Source: Alphaproteobacteria bacterium (GTDB lineage: Bacteria; Pseudomonadota; Alphaproteobacteria; JAAXGF01). Taken from it: a DNA stretch of 64,000 nucleotides. Both the position numbers and the translations under genes were made by a program. Positions within the stretch are counted from its first letter, which is position 1. Each line of letters starts with the position of its first letter. The DNA lies in assembly GCA_963555825.3 (NCBI GenBank), contig CAUVXB020000001.1, positions 62,610-126,609 of the forward strand, given 5' to 3'. This document shows positions 44,524-54,489 of this stretch, piece after piece. The notes beneath the pieces are model-generated. The model ran no database searches. It was given only the letters and a program-made list of their open reading frames with translations, and had not been told where the DNA came from.

Positions 44524-46611
44524 TAACCGACTGCCCAGGGGAACGGCGGCTCGAACGACGCGGGCACCTGCTCGATACGGAACGGCTGGTCGGCGACGTC
44601 CGGCCCGTCGAGCGCGCGGGCGGCTTCGTGGCCACCGAACACCGCCTCCGATAGCAGTGCCGGCGCCAGGCAATCGCCGACCGCCCTGACCGATTTGATG
44701 CCGGCCTTCGCATTCGCGTCCTCGTCGCCGACGAGGTCGTGGTAGAGCGTTTCGTTGGGACTGCGCATGGTGACCAGGATGACGCTCGAGGCATTCAGGA
44801 AACGGGCCGGTTCACCGTAGACTCCAGTCACCTCGACCTCGCTCTCGGAGATCGCCGCGAGATTGTGGTTGGCGAGAACGGCGACGCCCGACGCGACCAG
44901 CCGCCGCTGGATCTCTGCCAGGTCCAGGGTGTAGAGCGTCCAGGGCGAGACCTGGGCGAGTGGCGTGACGATGGTGACGTCATGGCCTTCGCCGGCCAGC
45001 TTCTCGGCCAGGCAGCCGCCCATGACATAGGTATCGTCATCGAAGATCACGACCGGCGAACGGACCTCGGCGCCGGCCATGACATCGTCGGGTGTCAGCA
45101 CGTGGTCCTGGGCATGGCCCTGGACCGGACGGAAATTATGCGCACCGACTCCGTCGCGCCGCCAGTGAGCGCCGGTCGCGACGATGACGTGCTCGAAGCC
45201 GAACTCGCGCACGTGATCGACGGTCAGCTCGCTTTCGCGGTAGACCGTGACGTTCGGCATCTTGTTGATTTGGCCGACGCGCCAGTCGCGCACTCTGATC
45301 CATTCGGCGAGGCCGGGTAGGCGTGCAACGGCGATCAGGTGGCCGCCCAGCTCGCGCCCGGCTTCGGCCAGAGCGACCTCGTAGCCGCGTTGGCCGGCCG
45401 CGCGCGCCGCCTCGAGACCCGCCGGGCCGCTGCCGACGACCAGCACCCTGTCGCCGGAGCCCTTCTCGGGCACCGTCTCGGGGTGCCAGCCGCGGCGCCA
45501 TTCCTCGGTCATCGTCGGGTTCTGAGTGCAGCGGATCGGCACGGTCAGCGAATTCGAGGCGAGGCAGATGTTGCAGCCGATGCATTCGCGGATGTCCTCG
45601 GGTCGCCCTTCCTCGATCTTGCGCGGCAGGAACGGGTCGGCGATCGAGGGCCGCGCCGCGCCGATCAGGTCCAGCACGCCGCGCTTGATCATCGAGACCA
45701 TCGTGTCCGGGCTGGTGAAGCGACCGACCCCGACGACCGGCTTCGTGGTAAGCGACTTGACGAAGGCGATGCCGGGCTCTTCCCAGCCCTCCTTACGAAA
45801 GCGCGAGCCCAGCATGTCGTCGAAGCCGCCGACGTTGACGTCCCAGAGATCGGGCATCTCGGCCAGCATCTCGACCACGGCGCGGCCGTCTTCGGCGGTG
45901 ATCGCATCGGGGCCGTATTGCTCGTCGACACAAAACCGGATCGCCACGGCGCAGGCGCCGTCGGCCTCCTCGCGGGTTTCCTCCAACACCTCGCGGAGCA
46001 GGCGGGCGCGGTTTTCGATGCTGCCACCATATTCGTCGCTGCGCTGGTTGATGCGCGGCGACAGGAAGTCGGTGAACACGGTCAGGCTATGGCCGACGTA
46101 GACATAGACGATGTCGAAGCCGGCCTCGACGGCGCGCCGCACGCCGCGACGATGCCAACGGCGCAAGGCGCGAATGTCGCTCTTGTCCATGGCGCGGCCC
46201 TGCGCCGGAAAGTCGCGCGGCTGCATGGGTCGCGGCGACGGTCCCATGGTCGGAATGCGCGTGTACGTGTTGTGGCCATACAGGCCGGCGTGCGCCAGCT
46301 CACAGCCGGCCAGCGCGCCGTGGCGATGTACCGCCTCGGTCATCAGCGCGTTGGTGCGCACGTCCTCGTCGGTCCACAGGCGCGCCGAGGCGGTCGGCGT
46401 CGTGTCGGCCGAGGGGTGGGACCGTGCACCACTCGGTGCACACCACGGCCCAGCCGCCTTCGGCCTTGATGCCGCGCATGGCCGCCTGGGTATGCGGATA
46501 CCGGTAGCCCGAGCCGTTGCAGTGGGGCACCTGGTAGAAGCGGTTCCTCGCCGTGACGGGACCGATCTTGACCGGTTCGAAGAGAATGTCGAAACGCGGA
46601 TCCCTGGTCAT
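44523..46611 (-). pseudogene. Second TMADH-family iron-sulfur flavoprotein (paralog of 26223..28262) with a +1 frame disruption near 46417-46420
   Basis: ATG 46611 follows GGGAGAAGG. MTRDPRFDILFEPVKIGPVTARNRFYQVPHCNGSG...GGWAVVCTEWCTV, then the frame is lost in a C-run. Removing one C restores HPSADTTPTASARLWTDEDVRTNALMTEAVHRH, which joins ORF 44523..46361. Confidence 0.8.
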
Positions 46612-46747
46612 TGCCTTCTCCCTTCCCGGTCGTGCGCGCGCCTGTGACGGGTCGTGGGCACGATGATGGCGGTTGCGCCGCGAGCGTAGCACAGCATCGC
46701 TCTGAACTGTGACGACGGTCACAGTCTGGCCCTAAAATCGTCGATTT

Positions 46748-46763
46748 TGTGATGCATATCACA
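46748..46763. promoter_or_regulatory. Perfect CRP/FNR-family-type palindrome TGTGA-N6-TCACA
   Basis: tgtgatgcatatcaca (extended ttttgtgatgcatatcacaaa, 46745-46766) lies in the divergent intergenic region between 46611 and 46897. A half site, tttgtgat, is at about 46788. Confidence 0.5.
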
Positions 46764-46896
46764 AACTTAAGGCTTGGAATCGCCCGGTTTGTGATGGCCG
46801 TCATAGCGAATAATCGCGGAGTCAGGGATGGTGGTATCAGAGATTGAGGGCGGCCGGAGACAACGGCCCCCGAACGCGAAAAGGGAAGGTCGGCAG

Positions 46897-47391
46897 ATGT
46901 TTCGTCAGGTTCTGGTTCTTACGGCGGTTTTCGCAGGTGTCTGGGCGCTCGGCAGCGACGAGCCCGCAAGCGCCGATGTCGCGCATGCCGCCACCGCGAC
47001 CCCCGCCGAGACGATTGCGGCGCAGCCGGCCGATCTTCCGAAGGTTCCCGTCCACATCGGTTATCACCGCGGCTACGACCGCGTCGTGTTCGTCTGGCCG
47101 TCGCCGGTCGACTACAGCGTGACGCGCAAGGGCGATTGGGTCGAGTTGCGCTTCACCAGCGCCGCCGACGTCGATCTTGCCGATTTGAACGCACATTTCT
47201 CGAACCATGTTGGCGCGGGCCAAGTGACGGTCGACGGCAAGAAGACCCGTGTGAGCCTTGCCATCGACCCGTCGCTGCGCCTGCGCCACTTCCGCTCGGG
47301 CACCAAGGTGGTGTTCGACATCTTGGTGCCGACCGCGCCGCGCACCCCGTCGGTCCAGCTCGCCGACGCCGGCGCGCCGGCGACCGACTGA
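46897..47391 (+). CDS. Secreted hypothetical protein (AMIN-like beta domain?)
   Basis: Signal peptide MFRQVLVLTAVFAGVWALG, then DRVVFVWPSPVDYSVTRKGDWVELRF...TKVVFDI. Confidence 0.5.
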   Translation: MFRQVLVLTAVFAGVWALGSDEPASADVAHAATATPAETIAAQPADLPKVPVHIGYHRGYDRVVFVWPSPVDYSVTRKGDWVELRFTSAADVDLADLNAHFSNHVGAGQVTVDGKKTRVSLAIDPSLRLRHFRSGTKVVFDILVPTAPRTPSVQLADAGAPATD

Positions 47392-47615
47392 TGCAGCGAG
47401 CCATGTCAGCCGAGAAACGGAGAACAGTCATGCATGCCGACCTCACGAGCCACGACGACGCGGCCGACCACGTCCACGAATTCGCCGCCAGCCTGATCCA
47501 GACGCTGGGCCGCGAGGAAGCGGTCTGGATCTGCCGGTCGAACAGCTGGGACGGCGTGCTCAGGGTCATCGAGTCGCCCGTGGACTACGGCCCGGCAACG
47601 AAGGTCACACATTGA
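47391..47615 (+). CDS. Small hypothetical protein
   Basis: 74 codons, TGATG overlap with the upstream gene. Non-junk composition (HEFAASLIQTLGREEAVWICRSNSWDGVLRVIE). Confidence 0.3.
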   Translation: MQRAMSAEKRRTVMHADLTSHDDAADHVHEFAASLIQTLGREEAVWICRSNSWDGVLRVIESPVDYGPATKVTH

Positions 47616-47814
47616 TGCGCTTCATGATTTTGCCATCCGGCCGTTCCCCCGACGGCCGGCCGCGCGGACGGTCACACACCCCCGACTGATCCGCGCATCG
47701 CTCAACGTTCCGGCGTGATGGACCGCTTGAGATTCTCCCCTAGTATCACGCGATTTGAGTAGCTTCGGCGGCCGTCACCCCCGGCCGCCGAAGGCTTTTC
47801 TGGGGCGGGACAAC

Positions 47815-48741
47815 TCAGACGGGCGTGACCCGGAAACCGACCCGTGGGAAGTGGACGCAGACCTCGCCGACGCGGGCGTCGTTGCGCAGGATCGAGATGG
47901 TCTCGCGGTCGACGCGGTGGACCGTGCCGGTCACCAGCGGATCGCCGCCGTCGACGTCGGGCACCACCGAGACCGCCATGCCGGGCGCCAGGCCCTGCGG
48001 GTCGTCGGCGTCGGCGCCTTCGGGCGTTTCGGTCGTCGCGGCGCGGGCGATGTCGAGTGCCTCGCCCGCCGTCATCTCGGACGGGCTGCCGTGGCCGATC
48101 GCGGCGACGCGCCGCTCCCACGCCTCCAACGCCGGGAACTGGCTCAACAGGCTGGGGCCGCCGTCCCAGCGACCGCGGATGAACCAGACCAGGTAATACG
48201 CCAGCGCGTCGGGCAGGCCGGGTTGATCGCCCAGGACAAAGCGCCGGCCGGTGGCGAGGCGATCGTCGATCCAGCCGAGCTGGGTGCGCAGCTGAGCGAG
48301 GATATGCGGCAGGTCGGCCTGGACGGCGGCGAAATCGGCGTCGGGGCCAAGATAGAGCCGGCCGCGGTCCTTGGCGAAGGCCTCGGGCAGCTGGTCGGCG
48401 GCGGCGCCGAGGACGAGCTTGACGGTGGTGTCGAACAGCGCGCCGTCGGTCCAGCGGCTGACGCCCCAAGCCATGCCCGCGGCATTGCCCGGGAAGAAGC
48501 TCGGCTCGGGGCAGCGCCGCTCGAGCTCGCGCAGGATGCATTGGCTGTCGCAATAGACGTCGGCGCCGGCCTGCAGCACCGGCGTTCGCCGGTAGCCGCC
48601 CGTCAGCGGCATCAATTCGGGCTTCGGTGGCAGGCGCGGGATCTCGACCGAACGCCAGGCGATCCGCTTGATGCCGAGCCCGACGCGCACCTTCTCCGAT
48701 ACCGGCGACTGCGGGTAGTGGTGCAGGATGATCTCGGTCAT
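47815..48741 (-). CDS. Glutathione S-transferase family protein with a C-terminal extension
   Basis: ILHHYPQSPVSEKVRVGLGIK...YRRTPVLQAGADVYCDS. Confidence 0.7.
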   Translation of the reverse strand: MTEIILHHYPQSPVSEKVRVGLGIKRIAWRSVEIPRLPPKPELMPLTGGYRRTPVLQAGADVYCDSQCILRELERRCPEPSFFPGNAAGMAWGVSRWTDGALFDTTVKLVLGAAADQLPEAFAKDRGRLYLGPDADFAAVQADLPHILAQLRTQLGWIDDRLATGRRFVLGDQPGLPDALAYYLVWFIRGRWDGGPSLLSQFPALEAWERRVAAIGHGSPSEMTAGEALDIARAATTETPEGADADDPQGLAPGMAVSVVPDVDGGDPLVTGTVHRVDRETISILRNDARVGEVCVHFPRVGFRVTPV

Positions 48742-48753
48742 GGCGGCGCTCGA

Positions 48754-49779
48754 CTAATAGCCGCGCGCGGCGTCGACTTTGTTGAGCAGCGGCTCGCCGG
48801 CCAACAATCGCCGCAGGTTCTCGAACAGCACGTCGAGCGTATAGGGGATGTAGCGATCGGTGTCGTCCGACGACATATGCGGCGTGATCACCAGGTTGGG
48901 CACATCCCACATCGCTGAATCGGCGGGCAGGGGCTCGGGATCGGTGACGTCGAGGATGGCGCCGTCGATCTTCTTCCCGGTCAGCGCCTCGACCAGCGCG
49001 TCGTTGTCGATCACCGCGCCGCGCCCCATGCTGATCAGCCCGGCGGTCGGCCTCATCAGCGCGAATTCAGCACGCCCCATCATGCCGCGCGTCTCGGCCG
49101 TCAGCGGCGCCGCGCAGAGCACGAAGTCGGCGCGCGGCAGCATCTCGTGCAGCCGGTCGGGTGTCGCCATCTCGTCGACCGCCTGGTGCGGCGCGCCGCT
49201 CGGGCGCACGCCGACGACATGCATGCCGAGCCGCTTGGCGGCGGCCGCGCCGGCGCCGCCCATGTTGCCGACGCCGACCACCAAGAGCGTCTTGCCGCCG
49301 ACGTGGGTGGCATAGCTCTCGTCCCAGTCGTGCGCCTTCTGGCAGGTGATGAAATGCGGCAAGCGGTTGTTCAGCATGAGGATCGCCATGGCCATGAACT
49401 CACCCGCCTTCTCGGCGTGTGCGCCCGAGTTGTTGGTCAGCACGGCGCCGGCGGGCAGCCAGTCGAGCGGCATGATCTTCTCGGCGCCGGCGCCGGTCTG
49501 AAAGCAGAACTTGAGGCGCGGCGCGACCTCGGCCAGGCGATAGAGATTGGGACGCCATTCGGCCAGAACGGGGGTCGGCAGGACGATCACATCGGCCGTC
49601 GGAACCGCGTCGTCGAAGCCTTCGAGGTCGTAACTGATCGTCGTCGTTGCGATGCGCTCGGCTACCTCGGGGTGGCGCTCGAGCGCACCGTCCATGCGCT
49701 CGCGCGTGACATGGTAGACGAGGTCCTGCGCGATGCGATTTTCGACATGGATGTGAAGGCCTTGCGATTGATCGGACAC
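48754..49779 (-). CDS. D-isomer-specific 2-hydroxyacid dehydrogenase family protein
   Basis: GKTLLVVGVGNMGGAGA NAD motif, ...MGRGAVID..., ITPHMSS. GTG start after GGAGA. Confidence 0.8.
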   Translation of the reverse strand: MSDQSQGLHIHVENRIAQDLVYHVTRERMDGALERHPEVAERIATTTISYDLEGFDDAVPTADVIVLPTPVLAEWRPNLYRLAEVAPRLKFCFQTGAGAEKIMPLDWLPAGAVLTNNSGAHAEKAGEFMAMAILMLNNRLPHFITCQKAHDWDESYATHVGGKTLLVVGVGNMGGAGAAAAKRLGMHVVGVRPSGAPHQAVDEMATPDRLHEMLPRADFVLCAAPLTAETRGMMGRAEFALMRPTAGLISMGRGAVIDNDALVEALTGKKIDGAILDVTDPEPLPADSAMWDVPNLVITPHMSSDDTDRYIPYTLDVLFENLRRLLAGEPLLNKVDAARGY

Positions 49780-49920
49780 GTTTGGCGGTCTCCATATGGC
49801 TGGTTTTCGAGGCGCCGGGAGTGTGTCACGGGGCCGGGGCCGTGAAAAGGCGGTTTTGTCCGACGCGCGCGGCGACTACACTGCGCGGCCCAATTGAGCA
49901 TTTGCCCGGAGGACAATCCC

Positions 49921-50268
49921 ATGAGCATCACCCGCCACGGCGTCGGCGCCCGCATGAGTCAGGCCGTCGTTCACGCCGGCACCGCCTATCTCGCCGGCCA
50001 GGTCGCCGACGACACCTCAGTCGGCGTCGCCGGCCAGACCGAACAGATCCTCGCCAAGATCGATGCACAATTGGCCGCCGCCGGCACCGACAAGTCGAAG
50101 CTGTTGTCGGCCCAGCTCTGGATCACCGACATGGCGAGCTTCAACGAGATGAACGCGGTGTGGGATGCCTGGGTGGCGCCCGGCGAGACACCGGCGCGCG
50201 CCTGCGTCGAGGCGCCGCTCGCCGCGCCCCAGTACCGGGTCGAAATCATGGTGACCGCGGCGGTCTAG
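49921..50268 (+). CDS. RidA/YjgF-family protein
   Basis: TAYLAGQVADD...QTEQILAKIDAQL...ARACVEA...VEIMVTA. ATG follows GGAGGA. Confidence 0.8.
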   Translation: MSITRHGVGARMSQAVVHAGTAYLAGQVADDTSVGVAGQTEQILAKIDAQLAAAGTDKSKLLSAQLWITDMASFNEMNAVWDAWVAPGETPARACVEAPLAAPQYRVEIMVTAAV

Positions 50269-50278
50269 TTCATTGTGC

Positions 50279-50399
50279 GGTCATCTTTACGCGTTGCGTA
50301 AAGATGACCTGCGCTCAATCGCCGCGCATGCTTCCGCCGAACGGTCGGCGGCCCGCGGTCGCGGGCTGGCATACTCCGATCGATAACAACCGATCGGAG
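50279..50399 (-). repeat. Four-hairpin intergenic repeat, copy Y
   Basis: It lies between the convergent RidA and isochorismatase-family stops. It is the reverse-complement homolog of 43615-43730. Confidence 0.75.
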
Positions 50400-50405
50400 T
50401 ATGCT

Positions 50406-51089
50406 CTATCTCAGCGCGTCGATCATCGCCTGGGCGGTGGCGACGGTGCCGAAGACGCCGTCGGCGCCCGCGATCATCGCCATCGCACGTTCGTGGGACG
50501 CCGCGGTGACCGCGCCGCAGCAGTCTTCGAGCACCACGCAGTCGTAGCCTCGGTCGAGCGCCTCGCGCAGGTTCGACTGGATGCAGCAGTTGGTCGTCAC
50601 GCCGGTCAGCACCAGATTCTCGATGCCGCGCGCCTTGAGGTACGTGTCGATGCCGGTGGTGCCGAAGGCGCCATAGCCGTTCTTGTCGAAGACCGCCTCT
50701 CCGTCGCGCGGCGCGAGCTCGGCGATGATGTCCCAGCACGCCTCGCCGGCGATCAGGCAGCGCCCCAACGGACCTTCGTCGCCGACCACGACGGCATCGC
50801 CGGCCGCGCCGCGAAAGCGGCGGTGTGGCTGGACGTCGGACATGTCGGGCCGGAAGGTCTCGCGCGTGTGAACGACGGTGAAGCCGGCGTCGCGCATCGC
50901 GGCGAGCACGCGGCGGATCGGCTCGATCGGCGCGCGCAAGGGCGCCAGATCGAGGCCCATGCGGTCGATGTAGCCGCCCGCGCCGCAGAAGTCGGTTTGC
51001 ATGTCGATGACGGCGAGCGCGGTGTTGCCGGGTTCGAGCCGGCCGCTCAGGGGGAACGGGTAGGGGGTCGACGCGACGGTCCTGGTCAT
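50406..51089 (-). CDS. Isochorismatase-family cysteine hydrolase
   Basis: TALAVIDMQTDF..., LVLTGVTTNCCIQS (catalytic Cys). Confidence 0.85.
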   Translation of the reverse strand: MTRTVASTPYPFPLSGRLEPGNTALAVIDMQTDFCGAGGYIDRMGLDLAPLRAPIEPIRRVLAAMRDAGFTVVHTRETFRPDMSDVQPHRRFRGAAGDAVVVGDEGPLGRCLIAGEACWDIIAELAPRDGEAVFDKNGYGAFGTTGIDTYLKARGIENLVLTGVTTNCCIQSNLREALDRGYDCVVLEDCCGAVTAASHERAMAMIAGADGVFGTVATAQAMIDALR

Positions 51090-51160
51090 CGGCTCCTCAC
51101 GGCACGGTCGGCGGGCGTCCCGGCGCATGCAGGCGCCGGTCCTTCACGAGGATGATAATA

Positions 51161-51418
51161 CCAAGGACCAGTGATAGAGACCCATAGAGATCGCGTCCGC
51201 TTTTCGCCGGTGAGGTAAGGGAGCCGCGGGCGATGCAGCGCATCGGCTAGGCAACCTGGCGCCCGCCGGCGATAAGCGGACGCGACCCGAAGGGCGGCTT
51301 GCCGAGGCTCTCGGACGTCGTTGCGCCCGCCTCGCGATGCGCTGCATCGCCGCGACGGACGCGCCTAGCCGAAAACCACGGCAAGCCGTCTCTAGGGGCC
51401 TCTATCACTGGTCCTTGG
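51161..51418. mobile_element. 258-bp MITE-like palindromic element with TA flanks
   Basis: 30-bp terminal inverted repeats: ccaaggaccagtgatagagacccatagaga versus the reverse complement of 51389-51418 (28/30). TA at 51159-60 and 51419-20. The interior is largely self-complementary. Confidence 0.8.
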
Positions 51419-51466
51419 TATAAAGCAGAATGAGGGTCGACGTGCCGCGTTACGCCTTTGCCGGCG

Positions 51467-51808
51467 TCACGCCATCGCCGGGTTGCAGCCGTACGGTTCG
51501 AACGCGATTTTATGGAGGCCGAGCAGGTCCCTGACCTCGGCGCGCCGGTCGTAGACGTCGGGGTTCAGCCGGACGTGAACATGCGTCGCGCCGCGCTGCT
51601 GAATCATGTAGAACTTGTAATTGTCGGCGTCGACATGCTTGCCCAGATCACCCTCGCCGACGAAGATGGGAACCCAGCGCCGGCTGCTGTCGAGGCGGGC
51701 GAATACAAAGTTTCCCTTCTGATTGGATTCGAACGAAATCGGCAGTTCGTAGACCTGGTAGGTATAGGTCTTTCTCGACGTTCCGATCCAATTGCTCGTC
51801 ATTGCCAT
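51467..51808 (-). CDS. Small hypothetical protein, possibly GIY-YIG-like
   Basis: GNFVFA-(10 aa)-IFVGEG spacing resembles GIY...YIG. It lies in an A/T-richer islet next to the MITE. Confidence 0.4.
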   Translation of the reverse strand: MAMTSNWIGTSRKTYTYQVYELPISFESNQKGNFVFARLDSSRRWVPIFVGEGDLGKHVDADNYKFYMIQQRGATHVHVRLNPDVYDRRAEVRDLLGLHKIAFEPYGCNPAMA

Positions 51809-52000
51809 GGCGTATCCTTCATCCGACCGTGTGGCCCCGCGTCCCCAATCCTCGATTCTTGGTCCTTATCGATTGCCGTCGCTATTTGAGTACCATTCGA
51901 GTGGGCCCGCCACAATCCGAGGAGATTCCCAATATAGTGTAGGGAAATCCCTAGATATCCGCGCGTTTCAGAGCCTTTTCGGCTGCATTCCGGCGTCCAA

Positions 52001-52738
52001 TCAGGGTCGCGCGGTGACACCACCATCGACGATCAACTCGGTGCCCGTGATGTAGGCTGCCCGGTCGGACAGCAGGAACAGGCAGGCGTTCGCCATGTCC
52101 TGCGTCGAGCCGACGCGGCCAAGCGGCACGTGGGCTGCCGTCGCGGCCTTCGCACCGGGGTGTTCGTCCCAGCGCGCCTGCATCGGCGAGTCGGTGCTGC
52201 CGGGCAGGATGGTATTGGAGCGGATGCCGTCGGCGCCGAACTGCACGGCGATCGACTTCGACAACGCGATCATGCCCGCCTTCGACGCCTGGTAGGCGTC
52301 TTGCGGCCTGTCGTCGCCGCGCAGCGCCTGGACCGACGAAAAATGCACCATCGCGCCGCCGCCCGCGGCGCGCATCGCCGGCACCGCGTGACGCACCGTG
52401 TGGACCATCGATTTCAGGTTGATCGCCATGATGCGGTCCCACAGATCGAGGTCGATGTCGACCAACGATTGGTCGCGGCCGAACCACAACACGCCGGCGG
52501 CGTTGACCAGATAGTCGAGCCGGCCGTGCGTCGCGACCGCGTCGGCCATCGCCTCGGCGACGAACGCCTCGTCGGTCAGATCGCCGGTCAGAACCAACGC
52601 GCCGTCGAGCCCTGCCGGGATGGGCTCGACGTCGACGGCCGTGACCCTGGCGCCCCGGGTCAGCAGGTCGCGCGCGATATTGCCGCCGATGCCGCCCGCC
52701 GCGCCGGTGACGAAAGCGGACTGTCCTTCGAAGCTCAT
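52001..52738 (-). CDS. Short-chain dehydrogenase/reductase (SDR)
   Basis: VTGAAGGIGGNIA, NAAG, and YQASKAG catalytic motifs. Confidence 0.85.
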   Translation of the reverse strand: MSFEGQSAFVTGAAGGIGGNIARDLLTRGARVTAVDVEPIPAGLDGALVLTGDLTDEAFVAEAMADAVATHGRLDYLVNAAGVLWFGRDQSLVDIDLDLWDRIMAINLKSMVHTVRHAVPAMRAAGGGAMVHFSSVQALRGDDRPQDAYQASKAGMIALSKSIAVQFGADGIRSNTILPGSTDSPMQARWDEHPGAKAATAAHVPLGRVGSTQDMANACLFLLSDRAAYITGTELIVDGGVTARP

Positions 52739-52838
52739 GGCAATATCCCATTCGGTTGCGTGCCGATGTTGGCACGATTCGGTGCCCGATCCCAGGCTCG
52801 CCGGGTTAGACTCCGCTCCGGCAATCCGGGGAGTAATC

Positions 52839-54275
52839 ATGAGCGCCACGACGAAAATAGAAAACGCGTCCTGGGTCATCGCCTGGGACGGCGCGGCCGA
52901 AAGCCACGTCTACCTGCGCGACGCCGACGTGGTGTTCACCGGCGCCGACATCGATTTCGTCGGCACGGGCTACGGCGGTACGGCCGACACCGTGATCGAC
53001 GGTGCCGGCCTGATGGTCATGCCCGGCCTGGTCGACATCCACGCGCACCCGGGCGACGAGCCCAAGAGCAAGGGCCTGTTCGAGGAGATGGGCAGCCCGA
53101 TGCTGCACAACACCTCGCTGATCGAATACATGCCGCTGGTGCGCGGCGACCTCGATGGCGCAAACGCGGCGCTCGAATTCGCGCTTTGCGAGCTGCTCAA
53201 GAGCGGCTGCACGACGCTCTGCGACCTATCGGGCGTGCGTGAGGGCTGGCTCGACACGCTGGCCCGAAGCGGCATCCGCGGCTACGCGGCGCCGATGTTC
53301 CGTTCGGCCCGCTGGTATACGCCGAACGGCCATGAGCTCTGCTACGAGTGGGACGAGGACGCCGGCAAGCGGGCCTTCGCCGCGGCGCTCGAGGTGGTCG
53401 ATGAGGCCGAGGCGCATGACTGCGGCCGGCTCAAGGGCATGATCTCGCCGGCCCAGATCGACACCTGCACCGCCGATCTCCTGAAGGACAGCGCGGCGGC
53501 CGCCAAGGAGCGCAGCATGCCGTGGACCGTGCACGCCTCGCAAAGCGTCGTCGAGTTCCGCGAGATGGTGCGGCGCCACGGCCAGACGCCGGTCGAATGG
53601 CTCGACGGATTGGGCCTCCTCGGCCCCGACAAGATCATCGCCCACGCGATCTTCGTCGACCACCATCCGTGGCTCGGCTGGCCGACCATGGACGACCTCG
53701 ACCGGCTCGGCGGCGCCGGCGCCAACATCGCGCACTGTCCGAGCAACTTCGTGCGCCGCGGCATCTTGCTTCAGGACTTCCGCGCCTATCGCGAGGCCGG
53801 CGTCACCATCGGGCTCGGCACCGATACCTTCCCGCACAACATGATCGATGAGATGCGCTGGGCGGTGACGCTGGCCAAGGTCGCGGCGGCCGACGTCCAC
53901 GCGATCGGCGCCGGCGACGTACTCGACGCAGCGACGGTCGGTGGCGCACGGGCGCTTGGGCGCGACGACATCGGCCGGCTCAGCGCCGGCGCCAAGGCCG
54001 ACATCGTGCTGGTCGATCTGGCGCATCCGTCGATGCTGCCGGTGCGCGACCCGCTGCGCAGCCTGATGTTCTCGGCGCTCGAGCGGCCGGTGCGCGACGT
54101 CTACGTCGACGGCGCGTTGGTCGTCAAGGACGGCGATTGCCTGACGCTGGACCACGCCGCCGCCGGCGCGCGCCTGCAAGCGGCGCAGGCCCGCGCGCTG
54201 GCCGGCGTCGCCGAGCGCGATTGGGCGGGCCGCTCGGCCAACGAGGCCTTCCCGCTGTCGCTGCCGGTGCGCTGA
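52839..54275 (+). CDS. Amidohydrolase (chlorohydrolase/deaminase TRZ/ATZ-type)
   Basis: PGLVDIHAHPG, ...HASQS..., GLGTDTFPHNM. It is a paralog of the disrupted gene at 1209..2713. Confidence 0.8.
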   Translation: MSATTKIENASWVIAWDGAAESHVYLRDADVVFTGADIDFVGTGYGGTADTVIDGAGLMVMPGLVDIHAHPGDEPKSKGLFEEMGSPMLHNTSLIEYMPLVRGDLDGANAALEFALCELLKSGCTTLCDLSGVREGWLDTLARSGIRGYAAPMFRSARWYTPNGHELCYEWDEDAGKRAFAAALEVVDEAEAHDCGRLKGMISPAQIDTCTADLLKDSAAAAKERSMPWTVHASQSVVEFREMVRRHGQTPVEWLDGLGLLGPDKIIAHAIFVDHHPWLGWPTMDDLDRLGGAGANIAHCPSNFVRRGILLQDFRAYREAGVTIGLGTDTFPHNMIDEMRWAVTLAKVAAADVHAIGAGDVLDAATVGGARALGRDDIGRLSAGAKADIVLVDLAHPSMLPVRDPLRSLMFSALERPVRDVYVDGALVVKDGDCLTLDHAAAGARLQAAQARALAGVAERDWAGRSANEAFPLSLPVR

Positions 54276-54489
54276 GGGTGGCCCGGGTCCAATCGACATT
54301 CAGTAATCGCGGGCCGTCTGTCGCCGACCCCGATAGAGAGCCGAAATCGGTCTTTAAAGGAGGGCCAGACCCTTTTTTAAACCATTGATTTTAAGCCATT
54401 TTAAAGGGGTCTGTATTTTAAACCGGATTTGATCTGCGGCGGCTCGATGAAGCGCCGCGAGCAGGGCTAATCGACAGGATCCCCCCACA

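Noticed and set aside
44231-44794. 187-aa minus-strand ORF with a Gly-rich tail (GGGGGTGGGGSIGGTGG…)
   Set aside because: Its N-terminal two thirds overlap the flavoprotein paralog out of frame. Only the Gly-rich end is independent, and that is the antisense of the Pro-rich ORF. The coding strand cannot be decided from sequence alone.
54340-54440. A/T-rich tract with ttttaaa-type repeats and a cagaccc…ggggtctg inverted repeat, considered as a terminator for the haem operon
   Set aside because: The stem is short with a loop of over 30 nt and has no adjacent T-run on the relevant strand. It is noted only as part of the island border.
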